A stretch of 64,000 nucleotides of DNA from a virus (Duplodnaviria; Caudoviricetes). The notes beneath the pieces were generated by a model. It was not told where the DNA came from and searched no databases. It saw nothing but the letters and a program-made list of their open reading frames with translations. The DNA is taken from positions 1 to 64,000 of the IMG/VR virus record IMGVR_UViG_3300028591_000075; one strand, 5' to 3'. Made by a program: the position numbers and the translations under genes. Positions 8,213 to 16,762 of this stretch are shown piece by piece (position 1 is the stretch's first letter; the number at the start of each line of letters is the position of its first letter).

Positions 8213-10096
8213 ATGCCATTCAACGGGATACATAATTTAAGGTCTGCAAACGAGTCCGTGAAACTCGAAATGTGGCAGCTGCAAGAAATCGAGCGCTGCA
8301 CCAAGGACCCTATTTACTTCATCCGGCACTACGTCTATATCAACACGAAGGACGAAGGTACCCAGCTGATGAAGACGTACCCGTTCCAGGACGAGGCAAT
8401 CAGGCGCTTTCTCAAATACAGGTTCAATATCAACCGATGGTCCCGACAGGTGGGTAAATCCACGATAGTCAGGGCCTTTATCCTTTGGTACGCGATGTTC
8501 CACGAGGACCAGCTCATAGCGATGCTGGCCAACAAGCTCATGCTTGCCAAGGAACAGTTGCAGCTCCTGCGCGAATCCTACCTGAACCTCCCCTTCTGGC
8601 TCCAACCGGGCGTGAAACTGTGGAACAAGATGTCCATCCAGTTCGCCAACGGCTGCCGTATCATCATCGCGGCATCATCCTCGGACGGTATTCGTGGTTT
8701 CTCCCCGAACCTCCTGTACCTGGACGAATTCGCGTTCCTGCGCCCCGGCATGGCCGACGAGTTCATGGCCTCCGTGTTCCCGACGATCTCGTCAGGTAAG
8801 AAGACGCGAGTAATCATCACGTCCACTCCGTGCGGCATGAACCACTTCTATCGAATGTGGGAGGATGCCGTTGACGAGGCCACGGCCACCGCCCATGACC
8901 TGCAAGCCAAATATGTCAGGTCCACGGTGCTCTGGAACGAGGTGCCCGGTCGTGACGAACAGTGGGGTCTCGACGAAAAGCTCCGTTGCGGCGAGGAGAG
9001 GTTCCGCCAGGAATACGAATGCGAATTTATCGGTTCCGCCGTCACCCTTATCGACTACCGTACCTTGCAGAATCTGCACCCGGACAAGCCGATGGCCCAC
9101 CCGAGAATACCGGACGACTACCAGCTCCGCGTCTACGGGCGCCCTCTCAATCCGCAGCAGATGGAAATGGACGAATCCGTGTACATCGCGGCCCTGGATA
9201 CCGGCTACGGTATGCGCCAGGACTACCATGTGCTCCAAATCCTCTATGCCAGGTCCAGCACCAAGCTGGAACAGGTGCTCACCCTGTCCTCGAACAGCGT
9301 GACCGTGGAGGACTTCTGCGCGGTTTCCTTCGCCCTGCTCCGCAAGTACCACTTCCCGGCCCTTACCATCGAATATAACGGCGGTTCCGGTGCCCTTGCG
9401 TACCAGACGATGACCGCAGCGTTGCAGTACCCGAACATGGTTGACTACGACAGCTACTTCCGCGGCATGTACTCCACGACCACGACGAAGAGCCAGGCCG
9501 TAATGTTGCTAAAAACTTACATCCAGAAGCACTATCTACTCATCCATGACGAGAAGACGATTAACGAACTCATGTCGTTCACCAGGCCCACCAAGAATAC
9601 CTGGGGTGCTTCCGGCGGCAACCATGACGACCATGTGACCAGCCTGTTCTGGGCCGTTTACCATGCGTACTCCCCGTATTTCCAGGGCAAGATGGAAGAA
9701 ATCTCCTGGGACGATGTTGTCAGGACGGTGTTCGCCCCCGCCGCAGAAATCGCCGATATGCGCAACGTGGCTGAACAGGTCCGCAACCCGCAGATTGTAC
9801 AGGAACAGCGCGGCCTCGCGGAACTATCCGGCAACCAGCGCATGCTCCCGCAGGTTCGCCCGCAGCCGGTACAGGCTACCGTCTATGCCGGCGTTCCCCA
9901 GCAGTACCAGTATGGCCCTCCGCAGGGATACCAGCCGAATATGCAGCAGACGTATCAGGCATATCCGCCTGGCTACAACCACATGCAGCAGCATCCGGCA
10001 TATCAACAACAGCAATACCAGTATCCGGGACGTTACCCGCAGGGCTATGGCTATCCACAGCAAGTGCAAGGGCTCCCAATGGCCTCTCGGGTATAA
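8213..10096 (+). CDS. Terminase large subunit (T4 gp17-like) with Q/Y/P/G-rich C-terminal tail
   Basis: DPIYFIRHY, YPFQ, SRQVGKST (Walker A), LYLDEFAF (Walker B), IITSTPCGMNHFY, FRQEYECEF; nuclease LDTGYG and NHDDHV. Confidence 0.95.
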   Translation: MPFNGIHNLRSANESVKLEMWQLQEIERCTKDPIYFIRHYVYINTKDEGTQLMKTYPFQDEAIRRFLKYRFNINRWSRQVGKSTIVRAFILWYAMFHEDQLIAMLANKLMLAKEQLQLLRESYLNLPFWLQPGVKLWNKMSIQFANGCRIIIAASSSDGIRGFSPNLLYLDEFAFLRPGMADEFMASVFPTISSGKKTRVIITSTPCGMNHFYRMWEDAVDEATATAHDLQAKYVRSTVLWNEVPGRDEQWGLDEKLRCGEERFRQEYECEFIGSAVTLIDYRTLQNLHPDKPMAHPRIPDDYQLRVYGRPLNPQQMEMDESVYIAALDTGYGMRQDYHVLQILYARSSTKLEQVLTLSSNSVTVEDFCAVSFALLRKYHFPALTIEYNGGSGALAYQTMTAALQYPNMVDYDSYFRGMYSTTTTKSQAVMLLKTYIQKHYLLIHDEKTINELMSFTRPTKNTWGASGGNHDDHVTSLFWAVYHAYSPYFQGKMEEISWDDVVRTVFAPAAEIADMRNVAEQVRNPQIVQEQRGLAELSGNQRMLPQVRPQPVQATVYAGVPQQYQYGPPQGYQPNMQQTYQAYPPGYNHMQQHPAYQQQQYQYPGRYPQGYGYPQQVQGLPMASRV

Positions 10097-10099
10097 ACT
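10092..10099 (+). promoter_or_regulatory. TATAAACT late box overlapping the terminase stop codon
   Basis: GTA TAA ACT; 22 nt upstream of ATG 10122, which has a GAGGAG RBS. Confidence 0.7.
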
Positions 10100-10121
10100 G
10101 ATAACGTAAGAGGAGTTTACC

Positions 10122-11030
10122 ATGACCTTTCAGGAAGAATTGAAAAATCTGGGTGAACGTTCTGGCGAACGCGCCCTGACCGAATCCATCATCGCGGCAT
10201 ACGAAGCGCTACTCGAATCCGATTCGACTGCGGGAACGAAGACACCTGAAGTGTGGCTTCATGTCGGTAACGGTTATGACAGAGTTCCGCTCAGCGAAAT
10301 CAGTAAGGCAATACGGGACTATGACCGGCTTACCCTATGGTCATTCGACAAGGATATCCTAGACAAGGCTAAATCCGATTTCGATGGCTACTTCAACCCG
10401 TACTACATAAAGACTGGCAAAGTGCTTGAAGAAGACGATCTTCCATACTGGTCACTCGACATCATGTATAATGATGTGGTCAAAGGAAACAAAGCCCAAC
10501 TGACACGCCTGTACAACAAGATTACCGACTATGTCAATGACGGTCCTGAACCCGGAGATGACGGACGAATTGGTACTAGCGACGGAATTCCCGTGTATCG
10601 AGCATCCCCGGAAATGTCCAGAGAACTACGCCAGGCAATGGGAGAATCAGTAGAAACTGTCCCCGTTACCACAAGTATCCCCGACAGTAAAGTGTATGTA
10701 AGTGCCGACGGTTCGCAGGTACTCGGTCTTACCTGGGGCGACGACCCCCAGAACATCGACCCCGATCTTGACGAGGACGACCCGGAAAGCTACCTGGCGC
10801 AGGGCTACAACTGCTACACCTACGCCGACCTCTACGATGTCGATGAAGGATTCGACCTGTCCCAGCTTCCCGCCGACCCATGGGAACTCGATTCCCTCGA
10901 AGGCAAGGGGCTGTCCCTTGTAGCCAACATGGAACAGCACATGTACAAGAAGAGCGAACTCCCGTCCGAAGAAGATGCCCTCGGGGAGTATGTCAATCCC
11001 GACGATGGCTGGAAAGTGGTGTCCAAATAA
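10122..11030 (+). CDS. Hypothetical protein with putative capsid-targeting leader
   Basis: N-terminus MTFQEEL...ALTESIIAAYEALLES; strong RBS; late box upstream. Confidence 0.75.
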   Translation: MTFQEELKNLGERSGERALTESIIAAYEALLESDSTAGTKTPEVWLHVGNGYDRVPLSEISKAIRDYDRLTLWSFDKDILDKAKSDFDGYFNPYYIKTGKVLEEDDLPYWSLDIMYNDVVKGNKAQLTRLYNKITDYVNDGPEPGDDGRIGTSDGIPVYRASPEMSRELRQAMGESVETVPVTTSIPDSKVYVSADGSQVLGLTWGDDPQNIDPDLDEDDPESYLAQGYNCYTYADLYDVDEGFDLSQLPADPWELDSLEGKGLSLVANMEQHMYKKSELPSEEDALGEYVNPDDGWKVVSK

Positions 11031-11031
11031 C

Positions 11032-11039
11032 TATAAACT
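11032..11039 (+). promoter_or_regulatory. TATAAACT late box
   Basis: Upstream of the 11069-13240 operon. Confidence 0.7.
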
Positions 11040-11068
11040 GCAACCGAGTAAGAAAAGGAATTTCACCG

Positions 11069-12040
11069 ATGTTCGAGGAACTTGACGATTTGCTTGCCAT
11101 CACGAGGACCATTGAGGCCTCCCCAATTTCCCATCCGATGATGGAGGCCGAGGAAGATCTCGATGCCGTATATGTCGATTACGGCGACAGCGCTACCCCG
11201 TTCGACACCAAGCCGACGGTGACCAAGGTTACCAGCAAGGTGATCGCTGCCAAGCCAGAACCCGGTGAATGCGCCGGCAATCCCACATTCAAGGACAAGA
11301 AGAAAGGTCCCCTCTTCGAAGACCCAGGTTCCGATGTCATGAGTGATCTGAACCAGGGAGTGGAAGACCTGAAAACCGGCGTCGAAAATTTCATGAACGA
11401 TAGTGGTGAAGGCGGTGAAGCCCAGAAACCGGTTACCAACGAAGCAATGGGACTGAAGCTTACTCTCGAATGCATCGAGCGCGGAATGGGCCGTGACTTC
11501 ATGCGCATGTACCAGCTCGAATGTGCCGGCCAGTGCTGCCCGCAGCAGAACGGGTTCCGTCTTGGGGACGTGGTCCACTGCGGAAACACCCCTGCACTGT
11601 TTGTCGTGAAGAAGGCCGATGGCCAGATGGTCACCGCTGCCAAGCCGACATCCAACCCGAACGAACTTCTTACTTCCAACGACGGCGAATGGCCTACCTT
11701 CACGTTCCGCGCAAGCGAAATCCAGCCGATGCTCAACGCATCCATCGATGACGTGCAGAACATCGTCGGCTTCAACGACCAGGCCATGCCGTTCGACGGC
11801 AGCACCATCGACGAAAGCCCGATGAAGGTTGCCCAGAACGATGCCAAGTGCAACATGGTTGAACGCATTGCCGACAACCTGGACGAGATTCTCGGCATGC
11901 CCTACAAGGACCTCTGCTCCGGCAAGGACCCGAGTTGCAATGTCATGTCGCAGCCTACCGAAGTCGTTGTCATCAACCCGGACGGTTCCTTTGGCGCCAC
12001 TCCCCAATTCGGCGGTTACAAAATCAAGATAGGCGACTAA
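11069..12040 (+). CDS. Cys-containing acidic hypothetical protein, probably virion-associated
   Basis: ATG 11069 after AAAGGA; MFEELDDLL...PMMEA leader; several E-C sites. Confidence 0.7.
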   Translation: MFEELDDLLAITRTIEASPISHPMMEAEEDLDAVYVDYGDSATPFDTKPTVTKVTSKVIAAKPEPGECAGNPTFKDKKKGPLFEDPGSDVMSDLNQGVEDLKTGVENFMNDSGEGGEAQKPVTNEAMGLKLTLECIERGMGRDFMRMYQLECAGQCCPQQNGFRLGDVVHCGNTPALFVVKKADGQMVTAAKPTSNPNELLTSNDGEWPTFTFRASEIQPMLNASIDDVQNIVGFNDQAMPFDGSTIDESPMKVAQNDAKCNMVERIADNLDEILGMPYKDLCSGKDPSCNVMSQPTEVVVINPDGSFGATPQFGGYKIKIGD

Positions 12041-12372
12041 TGGCTCTCCCAAGGATCATATATGACGCTACCTGCCCCGTGTGCACGAACTTCATGCACA
12101 TGATTAGGGCCAAGGTAAAGGACCGTGCGGAATACTACAAGGCCGACGAAGGCGCACGTGATTTCAAGTATGTTGATGCGAAGGGCGCGTCCTATTCCGG
12201 TACGGCAGCCGTTGACAAGATGGCTACCGATTTTCCCGAAATTGGCGATTACCTGTTCATCCTTCCGGAGAAGTTCAGGAAGGCCGGTTTGAAGGCCGTC
12301 TACAAGGTAGCTGGTCCTGTAAGAAAAGTTATTGGCGCAGTGAAGAAAGGTTGCAACTGCGGGAAACATTGA
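12040..12372 (+). CDS. DCC1/DUF393-like thiol-disulfide oxidoreductase
   Basis: IIYDATCPVC (DxxCxxC) at the N-terminus; coupled to the upstream gene by a TAATG overlap; C-terminal GCNCGKH. Confidence 0.7.
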   Translation: MALPRIIYDATCPVCTNFMHMIRAKVKDRAEYYKADEGARDFKYVDAKGASYSGTAAVDKMATDFPEIGDYLFILPEKFRKAGLKAVYKVAGPVRKVIGAVKKGCNCGKH

Positions 12373-12382
12373 GGAGTTCAAA

Positions 12383-12775
12383 ATGAATACCAACCAAAAG
12401 AAATACACTGCTTTCATGGAAAGCGTATGTAAAGAGTTCAACCACCCAGAAATGCTTCCCGCACTCAAAGAAGGGTTCAGGGCTTTCTGCGAAGCAACTA
12501 CCCAAGATGCCCCAGCATTTGAAAGCATCGGTATATATAATACCATGCGTTTGACCACCGACGAAATGCTGCTCCTCCAGGAAATGCGCCAGTATTATCA
12601 GGAATTGTGTCGCGACGGTTTGATGTCCGATTTCCTCCATGGTGGCGGAAACCCATTGAGCGCAGCCGATAACCTTGCCCTGCTGGATGCATTGGTTGAA
12701 ATGTACAACAGTGTTGAAGATCTTCCTGAAGGATTCTTGGCACTCTACCATAAGTTGGGTGGCCAAAAGATTTAA
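12383..12775 (+). CDS. Leader-tagged hypothetical protein, paralog 1
   Basis: GAGGAG RBS; first 38 aa nearly identical to the next gene, remainder unrelated. Confidence 0.8.
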   Translation: MNTNQKKYTAFMESVCKEFNHPEMLPALKEGFRAFCEATTQDAPAFESIGIYNTMRLTTDEMLLLQEMRQYYQELCRDGLMSDFLHGGGNPLSAADNLALLDALVEMYNSVEDLPEGFLALYHKLGGQKI

Positions 12776-12913
12776 CCGTTCAGATTAGGAGAATTCCCAA
12801 TGAATACCAATCAAAAGAAATACACAGCTTTCATGGAAAGCGTTTGTAAAGAGTTCAACTGCCCGGAAATGCTTCCTGCTCTGAATGCAGGGTTCAAGGC
12901 GTTCTGTGAGGCT
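12383..12913 (+). repeat. About 114-bp direct repeat (12383-12496 / 12800-12913) encoding the shared leader
   Basis: Both copies start atgaatacca(a)ccaaaagaaatacac.gctttcatggaaagcgt.tgtaaagagttcaac; similarity stops after ttctg(c/t)ga(a/g)gc. Confidence 0.85.
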
Positions 12914-13240
12914 TTGGATGGACAGCCCGATTCTTGTGGCAGTATAAGTCCAGATGGCCTAGCAATGTACGATGAATTCATGCACGTACTTGATACAAAT
13001 CCTGAATTGATGTCCGTCTCGAAGGATTGGAAAGACTACGCGGCTCGGTTAAAAAGTCGTTGTGAGAAGTGCGTGACAACCCACGACTACAACAAGTCCC
13101 ACTACGATAGCGCAACTGAGTCCTTTGTGCCAAAGGAAACCCATTGGACTCCAGCGTACTTTGATGAGGTAATGACAGACTTGCTGGCCAAAGCAAAAGA
13201 TGGCTCGCTTGGCTGGTCTACTCCCAACTGGGGTGACTAA
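12800..13240 (+). CDS. Leader-tagged hypothetical protein, paralog 2
   Basis: AGGAG RBS; MNTNQKKYTAFMESVCKEFNCPEMLPALNAGFKAFCEA followed by a distinct payload. Confidence 0.8.
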   Translation: MNTNQKKYTAFMESVCKEFNCPEMLPALNAGFKAFCEALDGQPDSCGSISPDGLAMYDEFMHVLDTNPELMSVSKDWKDYAARLKSRCEKCVTTHDYNKSHYDSATESFVPKETHWTPAYFDEVMTDLLAKAKDGSLGWSTPNWGD

Positions 13241-13270
13241 GCATTACGCATTTTGCCCACACCAACAATT

Positions 13271-13295
13271 AAAAAGGCGACCAACCGGTCGCCTT
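13271..13295. terminator. Intrinsic terminator
   Basis: AAAAAGGCGACC-aacc-GGTCGCCTT between convergent operons. Confidence 0.75.
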
Positions 13296-13333
13296 AACTG
13301 TTTTCAGTCTCTGTCGTAGAACCACGAAACATA

Positions 13334-13633
13334 TCACGGCTCCACGCTGTCAACGAACACTCTGATGCGATTGGTCAAGTGGCCCTCAGCATCCTCAATG
13401 TGGATGACATTCGTCTTCATGAAATTATGCTTCGCGAGCACACCCAAAATCGTGTCCACTTTCTGGTCCACCGAATTGTCGGCGGTCAATATATGAACAG
13501 CCTGTTCCAGTTCCGGCTTGCACTCGGCATTGAACCGGGTGTACTGCCGGGATGAACCCGGAGTACCTTCCGCATCATCGATGGTCTCGACATGGATCCG
13601 GCCATCAGTCAATACAAGGTCGAACTTTACCAT
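13334..13633 (-). CDS. Hypothetical protein
   Basis: 99-aa ORF directly after hsp20. Confidence 0.6.
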   Translation of the reverse strand: MVKFDLVLTDGRIHVETIDDAEGTPGSSRQYTRFNAECKPELEQAVHILTADNSVDQKVDTILGVLAKHNFMKTNVIHIEDAEGHLTNRIRVFVDSVEP

Positions 13634-13636
13634 GCG

Positions 13637-14599
13637 CTACCCCAGCCCGATAGAAATTCCAGTGTCCGCACCGGCCACCTTCATCTCGATATGGAGGATG
13701 CCGTCGGCCAGGTTGGCCTTGAACGAATCCGGGGAAGTGTCCACCGGCTTCGGGAAGTAGAACGGGAAGCTGAAATCCCCGAGCAGATGGCGCCCGACAC
13801 CGATGAGTGCCTCGTACTGCGGCTTCTTGCCCTTGTTTCCCTTGCCCTTTCCCTTCGGACGGTACTTCTCGCACATGAGTTCACGATGCCCGCTGACATA
13901 CAGGCTTCCACCGGAGAAGTTCATTTTAAGCTCGCTCTTCTTCACGCCCGGAAGGTCGATGTACAGGTGATACACGCCGTTCACCTCAATCATCTCGTAT
14001 GCCGGGAAGTTCGGGGCGATTGCGATGCGTTCACCCTGCACCAGCTTGATTTCATCGTCGCCCTGCGGCTGCTGGACGGGCTGCTGGTAATACTGCGGTT
14101 GCTGCTGATAGCCGTACGGCTGCTGGTAATAAGGCTGCTGATAGACTGGCTGCTGGTACATAGGCTGCTGATACACGGGTTGCTGGTAGACTGGTTGCGG
14201 TTGAGGCTGCGGAGCCGGCTGCTGGACCTGCTGCACCGGCTGTTCCGCGGGTGCGGCCTCGGGTGCCGGTTGGGCCTGCTGCTGGGGCTGCTGGACCGGC
14301 TGCTGTTGCTGCACGGGCCTCTGCATGGGCCTGCGCGGTCTCTGGCGGTTGACTATCTGCCCAGGCACAATCATGGACGCATTCGCCCTGGCGACCCTTT
14401 CCAGGTCAGCCCTTGCGCTAGTGGAGGCATGGCCCACCATGCGCCCGCTGTCCGCGTCGTACACGGCATCCGACAGGTTTGGTTCATCGCTGTAAATTAG
14501 GGTAGGACCGTCATCTACATTATACATACTGCGCTCCTCGGAGCCGTCGTCTTCCGGCTTCGACTTGAAAAAATTGACGATTTTGGACCAGATGCCCAC
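13637..14599 (-). CDS. Small heat-shock protein (Hsp20/alpha-crystallin) with long Q/P/Y-rich N-terminal region
   Basis: YHLYIDLPGVKKSELKM, LYVSGHRE, GDFSFPFYFP, KANLADGILHIEM. Confidence 0.85.
   Translation of the reverse strand: MGIWSKIVNFFKSKPEDDGSEERSMYNVDDGPTLIYSDEPNLSDAVYDADSGRMVGHASTSARADLERVARANASMIVPGQIVNRQRPRRPMQRPVQQQQPVQQPQQQAQPAPEAAPAEQPVQQVQQPAPQPQPQPVYQQPVYQQPMYQQPVYQQPYYQQPYGYQQQPQYYQQPVQQPQGDDEIKLVQGERIAIAPNFPAYEMIEVNGVYHLYIDLPGVKKSELKMNFSGGSLYVSGHRELMCEKYRPKGKGKGNKGKKPQYEALIGVGRHLLGDFSFPFYFPKPVDTSPDSFKANLADGILHIEMKVAGADTGISIGLG
14060..14320 (-). repeat. Coding low-complexity repeats (QQPVY/QQPY)
   Basis: QPVYQQPVYQQPMYQQPVYQQPYYQQPYGYQQQPQYYQQP. Confidence 0.8.
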
Positions 14600-14605
14600 A
14601 TTAAG

Positions 14606-15418
14606 TTATTCCATATAGCAGTCGCGGAGGACATTGAGGCGCTTGCTGTCCCTCAGCTTCTCTATTGCCTGGTTTTTGATCTTGCGAACCCAGTCCTTGC
14701 TCATGCCGGTATTCGCCGCCTCTTCCTCAAAACTACTTCCATCTCCGTCAAGACCGTACAGAGAACGCAACAATCTGTTCTCGATCGGGGTCAGGACACG
14801 GCTCATCTCGGCTTCAAGGCCGGTTCTCATGTCCTCCATGATGGCATTCTTCTCGGGATTGGCGTCAGATGTCTCGTCCGGGATGACATCGTGCAGCAGG
14901 AACGTGGAATTTTCACCATCCTCTCCCACAGGCATGTCGAGCGAATCGGGGCCCAGGATGGCATTCATGGCCTCCGTGCCGTAGTTCATGTCCACCGGGA
15001 GACCTTCACGGATGGCTTTCAGCACGCGCTTGCGCTGGCGCACGGGCACATGGACCAAGTCCCTGCCCTGGACAATCATGGACATGTGGCGCCGGATTTC
15101 CCAGATGGCAAAGGAGGCGAACTTGACACCGGTACGGTAGTCGTACTTGTAGAACGACTCCATGAGGCCCAGCTTTCCCTCGGTGTAGAAGTCAGTAATG
15201 GGCAACCCAGTGACATTGTGGTAGTCCATAGCGAACTTCAATACCAGCCTGAGGTTAGATTTGATGATTTTGAGCTTGGCGGCTTCCCGTATGCCCTCGT
15301 CCTTGCTCGTATGGTAGGCCTGGAAACAGGCGCTTTCCGCCCGGTGACCTATGATTTCATATCCGGCCACCTCGGCGATGAGTTCTTTTACTCCCGGTTC
15401 AGTTGAATTTACGGGCAA
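14606..15418 (-). CDS. Sigma70-family RNA polymerase sigma factor (regions 2-4)
   Basis: SNLRLVLKFA, EGKLGLMES, YDYRTGVKFASFAIWEI, region 3 SLDMPVGED, region 4 HTH ending WVRKIKNQAIEKLR; TTG start after AGGGG. Confidence 0.9.
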   Translation of the reverse strand: MPVNSTEPGVKELIAEVAGYEIIGHRAESACFQAYHTSKDEGIREAAKLKIIKSNLRLVLKFAMDYHNVTGLPITDFYTEGKLGLMESFYKYDYRTGVKFASFAIWEIRRHMSMIVQGRDLVHVPVRQRKRVLKAIREGLPVDMNYGTEAMNAILGPDSLDMPVGEDGENSTFLLHDVIPDETSDANPEKNAIMEDMRTGLEAEMSRVLTPIENRLLRSLYGLDGDGSSFEEEAANTGMSKDWVRKIKNQAIEKLRDSKRLNVLRDCYME

Positions 15419-15447
15419 AATACACCCCTTTGCATCTTGTTAACTAT

Positions 15448-15476
15448 AATATAACAATTTATCAACACTCTGTCAA
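15448..15476 (-). promoter_or_regulatory. Sigma70-type promoter for the sigma-hsp20 operon
   Basis: TTGACA-17 bp-TATATT on the minus strand; spacer contains TGTTGATAA. Confidence 0.75.
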
Positions 15477-15483
15477 CAGGTAA

Positions 15484-15512
15484 TTGACGAAAATGTAAGA
15501 AAAGTTTATACT
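15484..15512 (+). promoter_or_regulatory. Divergent sigma70-type promoter for the patatin gene
   Basis: TTGACG-17 bp-TATACT. Confidence 0.7.
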
Positions 15513-15569
15513 TTCCGGGGCCGAAAAAAGCTGTCCAACCGTTAAACTACTGAAAAAGGAGATTCTCCA

Positions 15570-16433
15570 ATGAAAAAGCTCGCAATCAGTATCTCGGGTG
15601 GCGGTGCCCTGGGTATCGGCCCCCTCGCATTCATGACCAGGATGGAACAGGACTTCGGAAAGAAGCTCTGTGACATGACTTTTGCCTATGGCGGCACTTC
15701 CACCGGCTCGATCATCGCTGCCGGCCTCGCGGAAGGCCTCCAAGCGCATGAAATCTTCGACCTGTACAAGGGAAACTTGAAGAATATCTTCAAGAAATAC
15801 CCCTGGTACAAAATCCTGGACAGAAAATGCCCGACCTACGACCACACGAACCTCAAAAAGATGCTTCAAAAGACCTTCTCCGGAAAGATAGGCGCATGGA
15901 AGAAGTCCGTGTACTTCCCGGTGACCTACATGAACGGCAAGTCCGTCGAGAAAGTGTGGGACCTCGGGGACAAGGACACCGACAAGTGGTTCGCCGTCCT
16001 CACTAGCTGCTCCGCACCGACCTACTTCGACGTGATTGTCCAGAACGGCATGAGCTTCTGTGACGGTGGCATGTGGGCGAACGACCCAGTGGAAACCCTG
16101 GAATCCGGCTTGACGAAGGCCGGTCACCGTGACTTCAAGATCCTGTCGTTCAATACCGGCATGGACACCCCACATACGGCATGCGGAAACATGTCCAAGC
16201 TCGAGTGGCTCGAATATATCCTGGATGAATGGGTTGCCAGAAGCGGAATGGCCAACTACTACGAAGCATGCGCCCATCTCGGCGAGGAAAACGTGTTCCG
16301 CGCTTCACCGTCGCACAGCAAGAAGATCAAGATGGACAAGACGGACGACAAGACCGTCAACGAGGTCATCGACATCTGGCAGAACTACTATGAAAGCGTG
16401 AAGGGCAAGTTGAAGGAATTCATCAACCGTTAA
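15570..16433 (+). CDS. Patatin-like phospholipase
   Basis: SGGGALG oxyanion motif, GTSTG nucleophile elbow, SCSAPTYF, DGG catalytic Asp; AAGGAG RBS. Confidence 0.92.
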   Translation: MKKLAISISGGGALGIGPLAFMTRMEQDFGKKLCDMTFAYGGTSTGSIIAAGLAEGLQAHEIFDLYKGNLKNIFKKYPWYKILDRKCPTYDHTNLKKMLQKTFSGKIGAWKKSVYFPVTYMNGKSVEKVWDLGDKDTDKWFAVLTSCSAPTYFDVIVQNGMSFCDGGMWANDPVETLESGLTKAGHRDFKILSFNTGMDTPHTACGNMSKLEWLEYILDEWVARSGMANYYEACAHLGEENVFRASPSHSKKIKMDKTDDKTVNEVIDIWQNYYESVKGKLKEFINR

Positions 16434-16749
16434 ACTTGCGCTTCATGTGCTCCGTTACGAAATCGATTTCGTAATCGGCAGCGACTACCTTGCCATTTAG
16501 CATTGCGAATATGAGTGTACCGGTCCTGTTCCGGTACACTTCGCATGTACGGCGGTCCTGGGAACATTTCACCGTAATGACAAAGTCGGAATACATGTTC
16601 CCCGGCCCCGGCTTCAACATCATGCCGGTCTCGGAAACATGCTTGCATTCCGTCTTCATCATTTTAAGGAGTATGCCCATGAACTCCGCCTGGGAAGGCG
16701 TGAGTATCAATGAGCCCTTTATGTCCTTCGGTTGTGACGCCATAAGCAA
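16423..16749 (-). CDS. Hypothetical protein
   Basis: About 106-aa ORF downstream of the fibre gene; probable ATG at 16743. Confidence 0.55.
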   Translation of the reverse strand: MLMASQPKDIKGSLILTPSQAEFMGILLKMMKTECKHVSETGMMLKPGPGNMYSDFVITVKCSQDRRTCEVYRNRTGTLIFAMLNGKVVAADYEIDFVTEHMKRKFNG

Positions 16750-16762
16750 CTATGCCCCATGG

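Noticed and set aside
12383-12913. Repeat pair as a diversity-generating retroelement TR/VR
   Set aside because: Differences are mostly synonymous and not adenine-specific, the repeats are N-terminal, and there is no reverse transcriptase in the window.
13334-15418. Sigma, hsp20 and the next ORF are in the same frame separated by single stops; similar in-frame junctions occur elsewhere, suggesting readthrough or stop recoding
   Set aside because: Core genes are full length in the standard code, end in different stop codons and have their own starts, so chance explains the in-frame spacing.
15570-16433. Complete CBASS operon
   Set aside because: No CD-NTase or ancillary cap genes are adjacent.
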